A stretch of 64,000 nucleotides of DNA, taken from the human T2T-CHM13v2.0 reference genome, Homo sapiens. The DNA is taken from the NCBI RefSeq assembly GCF_009914755.1, contig NC_060936.1. One strand, written 5' to 3'. The first letter of the stretch is position 1; each line of letters opens with the position of its first letter. Positions 28,706 through 46,850 of the stretch are shown piece after piece. Both the position numbers and the translations under genes were made by a program. The notes beneath the pieces were generated by a model that was not told the origin of the DNA, ran no database searches, and saw only the letters and a program-made list of their open reading frames with translations.

Positions 28706-29854
28706 TCACTTAGGAAATCACAATTTGATAGAACATGAACACAGAAATGAAGGAATTCTTTTACCCTCCAAAGTCCAAGAAGGCAACGACTTGTTTAAAG
28801 GACACAAGCAGGCCTCAAGAAGAATGGCTCAAGAGAGGACAGAATCTTGCCAGGATCATTCAAGTTTATCAGAAAAGAGAAGCCACCAGTTACTAAAGAC
28901 TTATCAGCATCAAATAATTTCCTAAATGTTTCCGGTACCTTATTTTATTTTTCCTTTCAAGAATCTGATATTAGAATTAAAACTCCCATCTTCTCAGAAA
29001 AGTGACTTACTAGGACTCAAAGCTAATAAGTGGCAGAGCCATGTGATTCCAGCCCAAGTGCACCTGGCTCCAGGAATATCCTACCTTTTCTTGAGCTCTT
29101 TCTGTGTACGCCAAACCATTTATCATACATATACCTGTTTCCTTTAACCCCTAAAGCCCCTCAAATCTACTTAGTTTACTCAAATCATTGTGCTACCATT
29201 AAATACTGCAAATGTGAAAAATATGTATGATAGAGAAACAGAAGAACAAAAACAGACTCCTTCAGACTCCTTGGTGCCACGAGGCAATTACTGGAGATGT
29301 TCTCAATTTGGCATTCATAAGTTCTCAATTTTGGCATTCATAAGTAGGAGAAGAAATGACCTTAAATCCCAAGATACCTTGCATAATAAAAAAATGTGGG
29401 TTACTTCTGTTTTACCCACTACCAAAGATCCTCAAGGCCAGCTTATACATAAACTCCCTCTTTGGCTAAAGCTCCAGCAGGTTCTACAGTCATTAAATGC
29501 TCTGTCGTCAATAAGAGGAGGCTTTCTTCTCCCACAGCCACAGACGTTTAAAGGCTCCAAAGATTCGTGTTTCAGGCAGAGAACAGTCCTCCTCTAAGAT
29601 CATACTGTTTTGTGATCTGGGATAAAAGAAACGACAAAGAAATAAAACAAATGGTGGGCTGTGATTTTAAAGATAAACACTGTATCATGACCCTTCTTAG
29701 AACCTAAGTCTGTATTTGGGTTGGCTGTATCTCCAAAACACAGGCAACAGACTTCCAGGACCCACTCAAAACACTCTCAGCAACCAGGTAGCTCAGACCT
29801 CATGGGAAAGCTCTGATTCCAGAGCCATGTATCCTAAATAAAGGTTTGCTTCCA

Positions 29855-30090
29855 GGGTGGTAGCATAAGTTAGTGGTTAAAGGCACAGATTTCAGAGCCA
29901 GACTGCCTAGGTTCAGCACTGCCATGTGAATTGCCTCGTCTTGGGCAAGTTACTTTCTCTATGCTTTGATTTTCTCATCTGTAAAATGAGGACAGCAGTA
30001 TCTACTAGTTCACAGTGTGACTGTGAGGATTACAGGAATTCATGATAGGGTCTTGTACAGAGTAAGTGCTATAAGTGTTGGCCATGGTTT
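29855..30090 (+). mobile_element. MIR
   Basis: 'agagccagactgcctaggttc...ttgggcaagttact...ctcatctgtaaaatgagg'. Confidence 0.8.
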
Positions 30091-30730
30091 ATTAAACCTA
30101 ACATACCCCAGATAGGTGGGTTCTTCAGAAGACTCCAGAGCCAAGAACAGTGATGCTGCTGTCACCATCATTAAGCTCTTTCAACAGAAGCCAATCATTG
30201 TCCCCGCCGCCCCCACATGCACGGAGTATTTGTGTGTACACAAACTGCTGCTTATCTATGCATCTTGCAGCAGAAAGGAGGGTGGAAAGTGGAGAACAGG
30301 GTCTCAAATTCATACCAGAAGGTCCCTTAAGAATCAAGTTTCAATGAACCTGAACAGGAAAGATAATTTTTAAAAGATACCCCCCCCCCCGCCCACACAC
30401 ACACACAAGCCTAAGATACTGCTTTACAGAGTCTTACCTAGTATTTAATTTGACTTGTATAAAGGTACTTTATGTAAAATAACTAAACTTTACATTCTCA
30501 ACAGCCAGCTCTTAATGCTTTTATAATTGTCATGAGTTTTCTATATTGCTATTTTCAGTAAAACTAGGACTCTGAAGTAAGACCCTAAAGACAGATGTCT
30601 AACGTTTTCCACCTCCAAGTCTTTAAGCAAAACAAGAGAAAATCGTATTAGAAAGACATATCTAATGATTATAACTTGCTACTTCCTCTATAAAACCTCC
30701 TTAGCCTACTTTTTGAGAGTATTATGGCAT

Positions 30731-30853
30731 GACCAGGCACAGTGGCATGTGCCTGTAGCCCCAGCTACGCAGGAAGCTGAGCCAGGAGGATCGTTTGAGC
30801 CCAAGAGTTGGAGGCCAGCCTGGGTAACACAGCAAGACCCCATCTCTAAAAAA
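30731..30853 (+). mobile_element. FLAM
   Basis: Alu monomer with a short A tail. Confidence 0.85.
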
Positions 30854-32055
30854 AGGAGTGGTGGTGGGGGAAGAGAGAGAGAGGGAGAGAGAGAAAATGA
30901 ATGAATATGAATTATGCTTGGAAGCTTGTTTTTACAGATATTATGTTGGGGGTTTGGGGACTGGGTTATACTTAATTCCATGACCTTAGGGGTAAACAGC
31001 ATAATTATTTTATTGATGTTCTCTCTCCTTCATCTCTTCTTTAAAACTGTCACCAAATTCTGGTTTTTTTTTTTTTTTTTTTTTGGCTTGGTGGTTTCTC
31101 TCCAGATTGACCCTTCCTTGCTATCCTCAGGGCCATCTATCTTAATCCACATCCTCATTTCCTATCTCACCTATAGCAAGGGCAACAGTTTAACTGGGTT
31201 TCCTTGTTTTCAGTGTTCTATTCCTTCCATCTAGTCTATAGGAAGTCATTACACTGATCTTCTAAACTCCCACTTCCATCACACTAAAACACTGCTTAAG
31301 ATGTTCAACGATTCTTCCTTTAATAAAGAGATTGGATTCCTCCCCTTGCTGGTACTTAAGCCCTGAGTAATTTTTCCTATTCAACTTCCAATGTCTTCCT
31401 CCTTCCTTCACCATCCACCAAGTGGATCTCAGCACTGTGGTACATGAACATATTTCTGGACTTTCTGTTTCACCTCAACACTTACACCATTCCCTTCCGG
31501 ACACAGCATCTCAAGGCCTCTGTCATATCCAAATCCTACCATTCCTTCAAGATCTCTTCCATGAGGCCTTTCCAAAGGACTTCTTCTCCTTCCTGATCCA
31601 TTTTGGCTCTTATATATACTGTTAGGTGGGTTCCTCTTTGTTTTATCATCTTTGCTGGGTTTTTTACTAGTTACTGAAAGCATTCACTTTCTCAGGTACC
31701 ATACAACACTCAGCACAGAACGCGCAGTATCACTGAGCAGCAAATACCTATATACGAACCCAATTTCTCTATGTCATAACCCAGTATATTACAAATTCTG
31801 AATGAGACATCCAAGAAAGAAATACATGTTTACCAATATATACATACTTATGTATGTGCACATATACATGCACACACCTAATTAAAACAAAAGTTTTGTA
31901 AAATACTACTTATCTTTACTACACACAATGTAACTGTATTTACAGCTACCTAATTTTCTGGACAACTGGATATTAGAAATTATAATTACCTTTGTTAATT
32001 TTATTATGTAGAAAAAGTCCTTGTTTGCAGATACATATTAGAAACAAAGTGCCCT

Positions 32056-32682
<627 letters not shown>

Positions 32683-33874
32683 TCACTTACTTTTAACAGG
32701 TTACAAACACAAACAAAGAAAATAAGAACATTTTAAATTGTTGAATCTGGGTAAGGTAGATGAGTATTTGCTGTGATGTTCCTTCTGCTTTTCCATATAA
32801 GAATATAAAGTGATAGTTGTTACTCATCAAATTTATTTCATGACCATAATCCTGTTTGAAAAACAGTGTGTTATAATTAGAAAAAAGACAAGCCACTTGT
32901 CCCTGTGTTTGTTAATCATACTTAAGGAAGGCTCTAACATTCTGAAGAACGTTCTGTGGTTACTTCCTGGCCTATAAAGGATTTAATGTTCCATTGCTGA
33001 GTCTACTAATCTCTCCTTCAAAATCCTTTCTACAAAACTTCTGTGAATCATTACGACCTTAGCAGAAAGGTATAAGATTAGGGATTGGTTTTTTAGTTGC
33101 AGAGATCACAGACTCAGAACTTACCCTAAGACCTCGCATACTGAGAACAATCCTTGTGGTTTTCACAGGGCTTTAAAATAACTAAATCTAGGAACATCAA
33201 AAGTTTAAGACAGTGCGCTAAAGCTGAAAGTGCCATAGCAAACATGTGCACTGGTTACATTTTCCCCTTCCTTTTCCTTTAAGAATAGGTTTTAATAAAA
33301 GACGAAGTTCCATGAACGGTCAGTAACATCTCATTTAATTGACACTAAGGGAAGTATTCTAGATGAGTGAATGAAACTTGTAGATAACTGAAACTCCAAG
33401 TCTTGCTAATTAGAGATTTCTAGATTTTCTTCTTTCTTTTAATTTCTTTTAGAGACAAGGTCTTGCTCTGTTGCCCAGGCTGGCTTCCAACTCCGGGGCT
33501 CCAGTGATCTTCCTCAGCATCCCAAGTAACCGAGGCTACAGGAGTGCACCATCATGCCCAGGTGGATTTCTAAATTTCCAAGATTGTTTTCCTGTTGACT
33601 ATGGACATCCACATAATCAAGTTTGAATTGTGACACAGCAACAGTGACCTCAAGAAGACAACTGAACTAGATCACTCGGGGGACCTGGGATCCAATTGAC
33701 CTTAGGTCCTCGTAAAGAAGCAAGGTGGCTGAACTCTGCAAACTCTAAGGGCCTTGCAGCTCTCATATGCAGCAGTTCTGTTACTATTAGGTCTGTAAGG
33801 CTGGCATCCTGCACGCAAAATGCCAATAGCCTTGTTCATAAAATTATTAGCACAGACCAACTGACACAAACTGA

Positions 33875-34252
<378 letters not shown>

Positions 34253-34269
34253 TAATAAGCAACAAGTCG

Positions 34270-34590
34270 TTAAAAACCATATGCAACAAAAGGAATGAAA
34301 AATTGTTCAACACACAACCCAGACAAATCTCACGTGTGTAATACTTAATGAAAGAAGCCACACACAAAAATGTGATGGTGTATGATTAGCATGCTGCGGA
34401 GGTGAGAAGAGTGGTTACCCTTTGCGGGGAAGTAGGGGTACGGAGAATGATTCACCAGTAGGTGGCACCAGGGAGCGCTGGGGTGCTAACAACATTGATC
34501 CAGGTGGCAGTCACTCAGGACATACACATAGGTAAAAATTATCCAACTGTACATTTAAGATGTATACACTTTACTGTAAGTGAAACCTCA
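34270..34590 (+). mobile_element. L1M 3' fragment
   Basis: 'gtggttacccttt...actgtacatttaagatgtatacactttactgta'. Confidence 0.65.
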
Positions 34591-35335
34591 AAAAAGTAAT
34601 AAGATGCAAAAAAACTTAGATAACAAAAATGCAGGAGCTGTCAAAACTATTATCTTTATAGTACCTGTAACATTACAAATGCACAATGAATAAATGTTAA
34701 CATACAGTATTGCTCAATTCTAGCAAGAAAAAAAAACCACTTAAATTTCATTAGCATGTCAACCTGTAATGCATTTTGTCAGCTCTTTAACATTTTTAAA
34801 GTTTCCCAAACTTTCATGACACTGTCTCATAAATATTTGTTTTTAGAATACAAAAGAGCCAATGAAAAAGAGCAGAAATCCACACGTGTACTACTAGCAA
34901 GGCATTAATATCTGTGGTTTAACTGAATACATCAGATTTAGACATAAAAATATGCAATTTAGAATTCTGCAAAATGCAGCAAAATCCTAATACCATGTTG
35001 ATCCAGATTGCTAATGCCTTGTTTTATTACATAATAGTCATTTAGAAAGCCAATGTTTCTCAATGAGGCTGAATTTAACTAAAAGCACACAAAGTACAAT
35101 TAGGGCTTGCTTACTTAGACCAAATTGTTTTTATGATAGCTAATGGAACTGATTAATTTAGGTTGCAAACCAAGCCCCCTAAAATACAGAATTGCTACTT
35201 GAAAATGTTTTTCTGGGCATCTTTTGTGAACTAAGTCCTGTGCTGAAAGAACTGGAGTCAGAGAAATATGATAAGCTCTGCCCTAAGAGGTCACTCTTGG
35301 GGCAGGGAGGCGTACAGAATTGAAAAATGTAACAA

Positions 35336-35640
<305 letters not shown>

Positions 35641-37185
35641 GAAGTAATAAGTACTATAGGAACCAAGGGGAGGAAATAAGCAGGGGGCTTCAATGAGAAG
35701 CTTCTGAGAAGGTGATAATTGACTTAGAGGCAGCTCAAAAATCTGCTGAGAGCCTAGCAAGGAGCACATTGTATCTGCAGAAGGAAAAACTAGAATATGT
35801 ATTTAGGAAACTAAAAGTTGGAGTGTCTAAAATTGAGAATGGCTAAATGGGTCATTCTAAATCAAGGCATGATTGAGGGCTGGGGTGAAAAAGAGGTGCA
35901 TGGCAAGCATTCCTAAAGGGAGGCGGCACAAGGCTCAGAAGAACACCGACAACCTGCAACAGGCTCTGCAAACCATGCTAGGCTAGACACCTGACCATGC
36001 AGACAAGGGGAAGCCAGGAATTTTAAAGCAGGTGGTGTTTTTATAATCATGAAAATAAAATACGGAGACATAGAGAATTTGGAATATCAAAAAGAAAAGG
36101 AGGCTTATCTTAAATACAGATACTGTTTAGGTTCTTATTAATTTTTTAAAAATACAGCACTGTGACTATACTACACAGAGGGATTTTGGATTTAGTTCAG
36201 GTCACATAAGAATGGTTCATTCATGAATCTGTGTAATTGGTCATGACATGCGTATACACTTGTTGCATACCAACATTAAGTAAGCGTCTATCTGGGATGC
36301 TGGGATCATGTAATTTGGACTTTTCCTTTTTTTAAGCATCATTTGAAGCTAAGGATAGCTGAGTTCTTACCTAAAAGAACACTGTCCATCACATATGGAA
36401 AATCAGGCATTTTGCCTCATAAATACACAATTCATAATTTATTCCATCTCCACTCATCTCTCTTCTACAGGCTCAATACTATTCAAACTCCAATTATTAT
36501 CACAGCCTTGGTACTTTCCATCGGGGGCTAGATAAAGAAGAGCAAAGTTTTCACCTACGATGAACAAAATGGCAGGACTTAAAGATGACTTTCCTGAAGA
36601 GTGCAATGCCTTCTGTCTTTTATTTATGGACTGAAAAGAGAAATCCCTCAATGTACACGGCAAATCACATTCCCCTCACTCTAAGCCATACTTACGGAAG
36701 ACATCCCAGATTCTCCTGAATGCAGGAAAGTACCACGGTTACACCAATCTACTCCGTCAAACCAGGTACTAACTATGACTAAAATTATATGTGGAAAAAA
36801 AAAATCCAAATGAGATTAGTAACAGAAAACAAACAAACAAACAAAAAAACAAGTATGTGTGTAGGGGGGTGGATAGAAGGCAGTCTTGAAAGCGTCAATG
36901 CTAGACGCTTTTTTTCTCTTTACTGGGAATTGCAATCAACCAAACCATGGGTCTGTACCTGACCTAGAGCCTTTAACAATGCAACAAGACTGTGAGAACT
37001 CTCACTCAGGGACACCTGCTCTTAGCCTATTATGGAACTACTGCCTGTGTGCAGAAGTATCATTTGGAAACATGAATTTTATGCTCAAAGGGTAAAATGC
37101 CCAAGAGGCTTTACTCATGCCAAGTTCCCTAAGAACCATGGGGCTTCTTTTTGCCTTGGGAAAGGAGGTGAACTTTTTTCTTATT

Positions 37186-38529
<1,344 letters not shown>

Positions 38530-39765
38530 TGAACTTAATTAGATGCCAAGGATTGCTAACTACATAACAGTATTTACAATGTGGTACCCTTGATTAATCT
38601 GACTCAGTCCACCTACCTTAATCAGCATTTCGAAATGTTAGGGGACCATCTGTTCATGAACTGAGAACATTATGAAGTCTCTCATTCAACTCAGGATATC
38701 ACCCTGAACTTGATGAACTAAAATTTATTTGATTTCTATACTTTAATGACTCTGATGTCATTCATTGCTTTCAATGTTATGACTGATGTTTTAATAAGGC
38801 CATTGTAAATATACCGTAAGTACCACAATCTCTGTGTCAGAGAAACACTTTGCTTGATTGCTTTTCTTCCTGGATAAACATGTAGTGAACAATCAGTGAA
38901 TATATACTTCATATTATAGGATTGACTCAAAGAGTTCAATAATATCTAATCAGAGGCAAGGGTATGTTTATTAAGGGACACATCCTTCAAAGGAATCAAA
39001 CTTTATATATAAACAGAGGTAAAGTGACAAGCGTAATTAGACAAGAATTAAAAGACAAACAGATTTGGGTAACATCATTTATTTTCCACTTATATAGCAT
39101 CTTTCATTAAAAATGTCAATAAATCTTTCCAACTGTTCTTGTTCCCACCTAGGATATGATGATCTGAAAGTCTTACACATCTGTTCTGAATTTCACACTC
39201 CATAACTGACAGCTATTCAGTCTTTGGGACTCATCACTCAATCTCCCCTCTCCCTTGCCTCCCACATACTCTAACATCAGACCTTTTTGCTCCCTCCAAC
39301 ACCTGACACCTGCCTGGTCTAGGTCTGTTACACTGCACACCTGGACCATGCAGCAATCTAACTCCTCTCTCTCCAGGTTGATCCTCTCAGTGGTCACCAC
39401 TGTAGACTGGCTACAGGATGAGGTTTAAACTCCTGAAGCCGGAAGCCAAAGTCCTCATTATCTTGACTCAAACCTGTCTCTGTCCAGATCCTGTACTCTC
39501 AGCCTCTTAGCTGGACCACATAGTTGGATCCAGGTGAACTCTGTCCAGCTCAAGCAGAGCATGCCAAGGTCATTTTACCTAACTCACTTCACCCTTTATT
39601 CAGGAGTGCCACATGTATGTAGACGTTACTGTGCCTTCCACCTCCACCATCTACTCTGCGCCTGTATGTGCACATCAGCATGACAGATGTTTGACACATT
39701 TTATTTCTAGTTCTCACCTCATTATACTAGTTATGTTTAGTGTATCAAACATATCAAGGAATTTG

Positions 39766-40072
39766 GGCCAGGCGCTGTGGCCCATACCTGTAATCCCAGC
39801 ACTCTGGCTTGAGCCCAGGAGTTCGAGACCAGCCTGGACAACTAAGCAAGACGACCCCTGATGCCCTCCAGTCTCTACAAAAAATTTAAAAATTAGCTGG
39901 GTGTGGTGGCATGCACCTGTAGTCTCAGCTACACAGAAGGCTCAGGCAGGAAGATCCCTTGAGCCCAGGAGTTCGAGGTTGCAGTGAGCTATGATCACAC
40001 CACTGCACACCAGCCTGGGTGACAGAGTGAGACTGTTGTCTCCAAAATTAAAAAAAGAAAAAGAAAAAAGAA
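39766..40072 (+). mobile_element. AluJ-like
   Basis: TSD atcaaggaatttg. Confidence 0.9.
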
Positions 40073-42369
40073 ATCAAGGAATTTGACAAGGTCACAAACT
40101 AGGGAGTAGCAAGCCAGGGTTTGAACCCAGGTGTGATTCAACAGCCTGTGTTCTTTCTAAAACCTGGGGCATCCTCATCCCCAGCTCCCTATTTACCAAA
40201 ACCCAGAGGTTCCTTCAGAGTCTGCTCAATTTCACCTCTCCCACACAGTCACTTCTGATCACCCCAAGTCCAGTAATCAGTGGTTACTCAGAACTTCTGC
40301 TGCTCTGACCTCATATTCTTAGCAACTTGATTTTTTGCAGCCCCAGAGCCTCATATTAACAGTCTCTTGAACACAGCAGGCACTCAACTATCTTACCTGA
40401 GTGATTTTGCTATTTTCATATTATTTTCTATGGGTAAAATTATGTATCAGGTAAGATAACTTCAGTAACTGAATAAAATCAGTTTCAATAATAAGGGCAC
40501 ATCTATGGTCTCCTAAACTAAGAACAGAGGGCAGGGCTAATTCAACGGCTTACAGATATCAAAGACCCAATCGCTCTCCATTTTTTCACTACACTATCCT
40601 CGGGCCATTTGCTTCTGCTCACATGGAGGCAAGAGAGCTACTGTAGTTCCAGAAATCACGTGTAGACAGTTTCTGGCTATAGATGAGGATACTTATCTTC
40701 TTTCATATTTTATTAGGAAGGAAAACATTTTCCAGAAGCTCCTCAGGGGTCCCTTTGGCCGGGGCTGAGTCCCATGTCCATGCCCTAGTTGCAAGGGAGG
40801 CTGGGGAGGCAGCAGATAACATTTTCGGCCTCCACTCCAGGAACAGGCTCTGCCAGCCAGGGAGAAAGGGAAGGAAAAGAGTGTTTGGAAAGGCACTCCA
40901 CAGGGTTTGCAAACACCACCTCGAATGGATATTATGCAACGATCTACTCTGTGTAAGGAAAACTCCCCCATCCAAATAGATTATCATTAGAAAGCCTTGC
41001 TAATCAGGTTACAAACAAATAATCCAGTTACCATAGAGTGTATTTGCACTGGAGGTAGAAGAAAGGGAATCGGAACCTTCTTTAGCCACCAAGTGTAAAT
41101 ACATTCCTTTTCCCCAGTGTTTTGGTTACATATCATAATCTCCTTCACCATCATGATCACCACAAGGAAAGAAGGGCTAGGAAGAAAAAATCATCTAGCC
41201 CTTTTGGGCTTCCATATAGTTCTGAAAACACCTTAAGGCAGGCAAAAAAAAAAAAATTTTTTTTTTCAAGAGATATAAAGAACAGAAATGGAGATGAAAA
41301 TATTTACAAGTCTTCTGCCTCTTTCTCTGATTCTTCTATGCTGCTTCTAAAAAAATGATAGTCTGCCACCCCTACCACCACCACCACCACCAACCACCCC
41401 ATCTGCTGCCAATTCTGCAAACAGCATAGACATCCATCAATAGAGAACCTCTTTTTAAAATTCTAGTACAATGGGAAATGATGCAGCCACTAAAATGGAA
41501 ACGGATCTGAATGGGCTACCATGGGAAGCTATTCAATCTAAACTGTTAAGAGAGAAAAGCAAGACGCAGGGCTATGCCTACTGTGCACGCTCATCTGTGC
41601 TTAAACGAGGGGTGGAGGGATTTATGATAGATATGTACAATTGTATACTCTATGTGTATGAACATTTCTAGAAGCTGTCTTAAGAACTGTGGATGGTAGT
41701 TACCTCTGGGGAATAGGACTGGGAATCTGCAGACACAGATACTTTTTGTTTTATATTATCTTTTTGAGAGAGTAATTCATCTTATTTTCATATTAAAAAA
41801 AAATCCCCAGTGCCTGAATTTCAAAGTGAGACTAATATGCAAATACCTGCAAAATTTCATTAGCACACTTAAGATACTTCCTTGTCTCCTCCAGTGACCT
41901 ATGATTTTACTAACAGTAGCAAAATAAATAATCTATAGGATAGTAGGCATTTTTGTAACTCATCCTAACTGAATTTTGTTTATGTAATTACTTTTAGAAA
42001 AGTAACTCCCTACTGAAAAGAGAAATTTTAAATCCCATTTCCCAAGGAAATAAAACCATGGCTTAAAAGGTAGTTCTAAAACAAATTTTATGGGACTAAG
42101 CTGGAATTGCCAAGTCATAAATATAAGTTTTCAAGTAAAAGTCCCATTAAAATATTGAATACTAATGTTACATCTTTCTTAAATAACTTCATAAAATGCT
42201 GTCTTTTTAAGGGACCAATGCCACTGAAATATTTCTACTGAGAACTGGGTTGCCCAAGGCTCACAGCTTTGAATCTGTATTTCATGGGCAATGATGTTTT
42301 CCATAAAGACTCTTCACTGAGAATACTCATACAAGCAGACCATGGCAGTGTATGATAGGCGTATATATA

Positions 42370-42701
42370 CAGTTGTCCCTTGGAATCCATGGGGGATTGG
42401 TTCTAGGACCTCCTGCAGATACCAAAATCTGCGAGTGTTCAAGTCCCTGATATAAAATGGTGTAGTATTTGCATATAATCTACATACATCCTCCTGTATA
42501 CTTTAAATCATCTCCAGATTACTTATAATACCTAATACAATGTAAATGCTTGTAAATAGTTGTATTTTTTAGGGAATAATGACAAAAAAAAAAACACTCG
42601 GTACCTGTTCAGTACAGATGCAATTTTTCTTCCTAAATATTTTTGACCCCTGGTTGGTTGAATCCATGAATGTGAAATCCGTGGATGTGGAGGGCCAACT
42701 G
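42370..42701 (+). mobile_element. MER2 (Tigger-family MITE)
   Basis: TIRs cagttgtccct / agggccaactg flanked by TA. Internal 'gggggattggttctaggacc'. Confidence 0.85.
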
Positions 42702-42783
42702 TATATCCATTCATGGCAACTGAAGGGTCACAGAGTTCATCTAGAGACTGTTTACATATAGTTCATGTGATTCCTGAGGCTAG

Positions 42784-43488
<705 letters not shown>

Positions 43489-43659
43489 TAATGTTATCTC
43501 CTTAAGGTTAAAGTCAGTTTCTCAGAAGACAAAGCAAGACAGAATTACTTGCACTTTTAAAATTTTTTCAGTGGTTCTAGGATTCATTTTAAAATGAAGC
43601 AATGCTAAAAGCAGACTGCAAGGTATATTTGCAGTGTTTGATTTTAACTGATTCTTAAA

Positions 43660-45003
<1,344 letters not shown>

Positions 45004-45517
45004 TCAATCCTATTGCTTTATCTCTGGCTCTATACTTAACTCGTTGGGTAATAATGTTAAAATCTAAATTTGAGACCCTACTTAAATTGTGACCTGGTCT
45101 CAAAGGTCCTCGGGTCACCACTGCAATGATCTTCTTGGATCATTATCCTCACTGGTTACACAGAGGAATGTGAAGCATGCAGTCAGGAGAAAGCCCTGTA
45201 ATTGCCCCCAGGCCACAAGTAATCCCCCTGGAAGCAAAAACAACCTCCTCTCCATAAACTGACTAGAAAGGAACAGGTGGGAAGGACAGCAGAGGGGTGG
45301 CCAGCATTGTCAGGGTTTCTCCAGAATGGCCTGTCAACCAGGACAAGCCCTGTTCCCACATCTTTTTGAACAGCCTGGCACAGAAAGCAGCTCTGACTGT
45401 TTTACAAGCAGCGCTCTTGCAGTTTGGGGAGCCATTTTCCCTTTTATTCCAATTGAAACTGTGTGCATCAAGCTCTGTCAACTGTTGCACTCACAGTGTT
45501 ACGAGGCTATTGCATGA

Positions 45518-45755
<238 letters not shown>

Positions 45756-46736
45756 AACAACAGAAATGTAACCTCCAAGACCCAAATGATCAAATGACAA
45801 GCAGCAAACTTTTCCAACTTTCCCTCCTCTCCCACCCCCAGGTGTTTTGGTTTCTGAAGACTGGGGATCACTATCAACAATGGGCAAACCTTTGCTACAG
45901 AACTGATTAGGACAAAACCACCTGAATTAATAAATGTGTGCAAATATTTTAATGTTCAGGGAAGGAAAGAAAGATTGCATTTTGTGTCAATATAGAGAAG
46001 TCTTCTATGACAAAGAGCCACAAGTGAACACAGATTTCCTGTGAGATCAAAGGCTCCCCCAGGCAGAAATCACATGAACCTGAGCCTTCACCACCCTATG
46101 GGGAATGAATCCCACACTATGGGGTGTCCAAGCATGGTCCGAGGAGGCCCAGTTCAGACGCACTCTCCATTTCCCCCATGGCTGCTTCCTCTCCCACAGC
46201 TCGAGGCAGCCACCACACCCTTCTTCCCCAACGTGGGCTGGGCAGCATCACACAAAGTCAGTTTTACAGAGTTTCAAGTTTCCAGGCAAAAGCAGGATGA
46301 CTCAAAGATGCCCACTTGTCGAAAGACTAGATATTAAAGTACAAAGTTAGATTCCAACTCAGAGCCTGGTTAGACCCGGGGTTACTTTCGAACTCCCAGG
46401 GAGGTGGGAGGAGACCTGGCTCTTCTCCAGCCAGTAGCTGGCACAATCCAACCCAGATATTTGTCCATCTGTTAAATCACTCACACTGGACTGACATTTT
46501 TAAAAGGACATAACAATAAGGAGACTGGTGGTTCATTAGGCGTTTAGGCAGTTTAAGTATCTAGAAACCAACTGAGAAATTAGGGAGGGATTTGGGCAAG
46601 CACAAAGATAACTATTAAGAGCACAAAGACAAATTGCATTTCTTTCTGGCATCTCCCAGGATATTAAAGACCACAAAGCTCCACAATACATACTTACACA
46701 CTCTGGCTGAAACGGAAGAGTTGTGAAGAGACTTAC

Positions 46737-46850
46737 CAAGGGCCACACAGCAAACCCAGGAGCAGAGCAGGATCGGCAGCTAGCTCACCCTCCTGCCCGA
46801 GGCATTTGAATCTGCAAGGCAGGCAGGCTAGATATTCCAAACAGCACCTA
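46737..46850 (-). promoter_or_regulatory. TMCC3: Candidate alternative non-coding first exon/promoter of TMCC3
   Basis: Donor TTG|GTAAGT at 46737/46736 in repeat-free GC-richer sequence, with an AP-1/NFE2-type ATGACTCAGC at 46855-46864. I recall a TMCC3 isoform starting at the MNTL methionine. The 5' end cannot be determined. Confidence 0.5.

Noticed and set aside
30559-30571. 12-nt match to the 5' end of miR-7844-5p
   Set aside because: Short, AT-rich and with no hairpin; consistent with chance.
30731-30853. 7SL RNA gene or pseudogene (also 1252-1381)
   Set aside because: Lacks the 7SL S-domain; it is a FLAM monomer.
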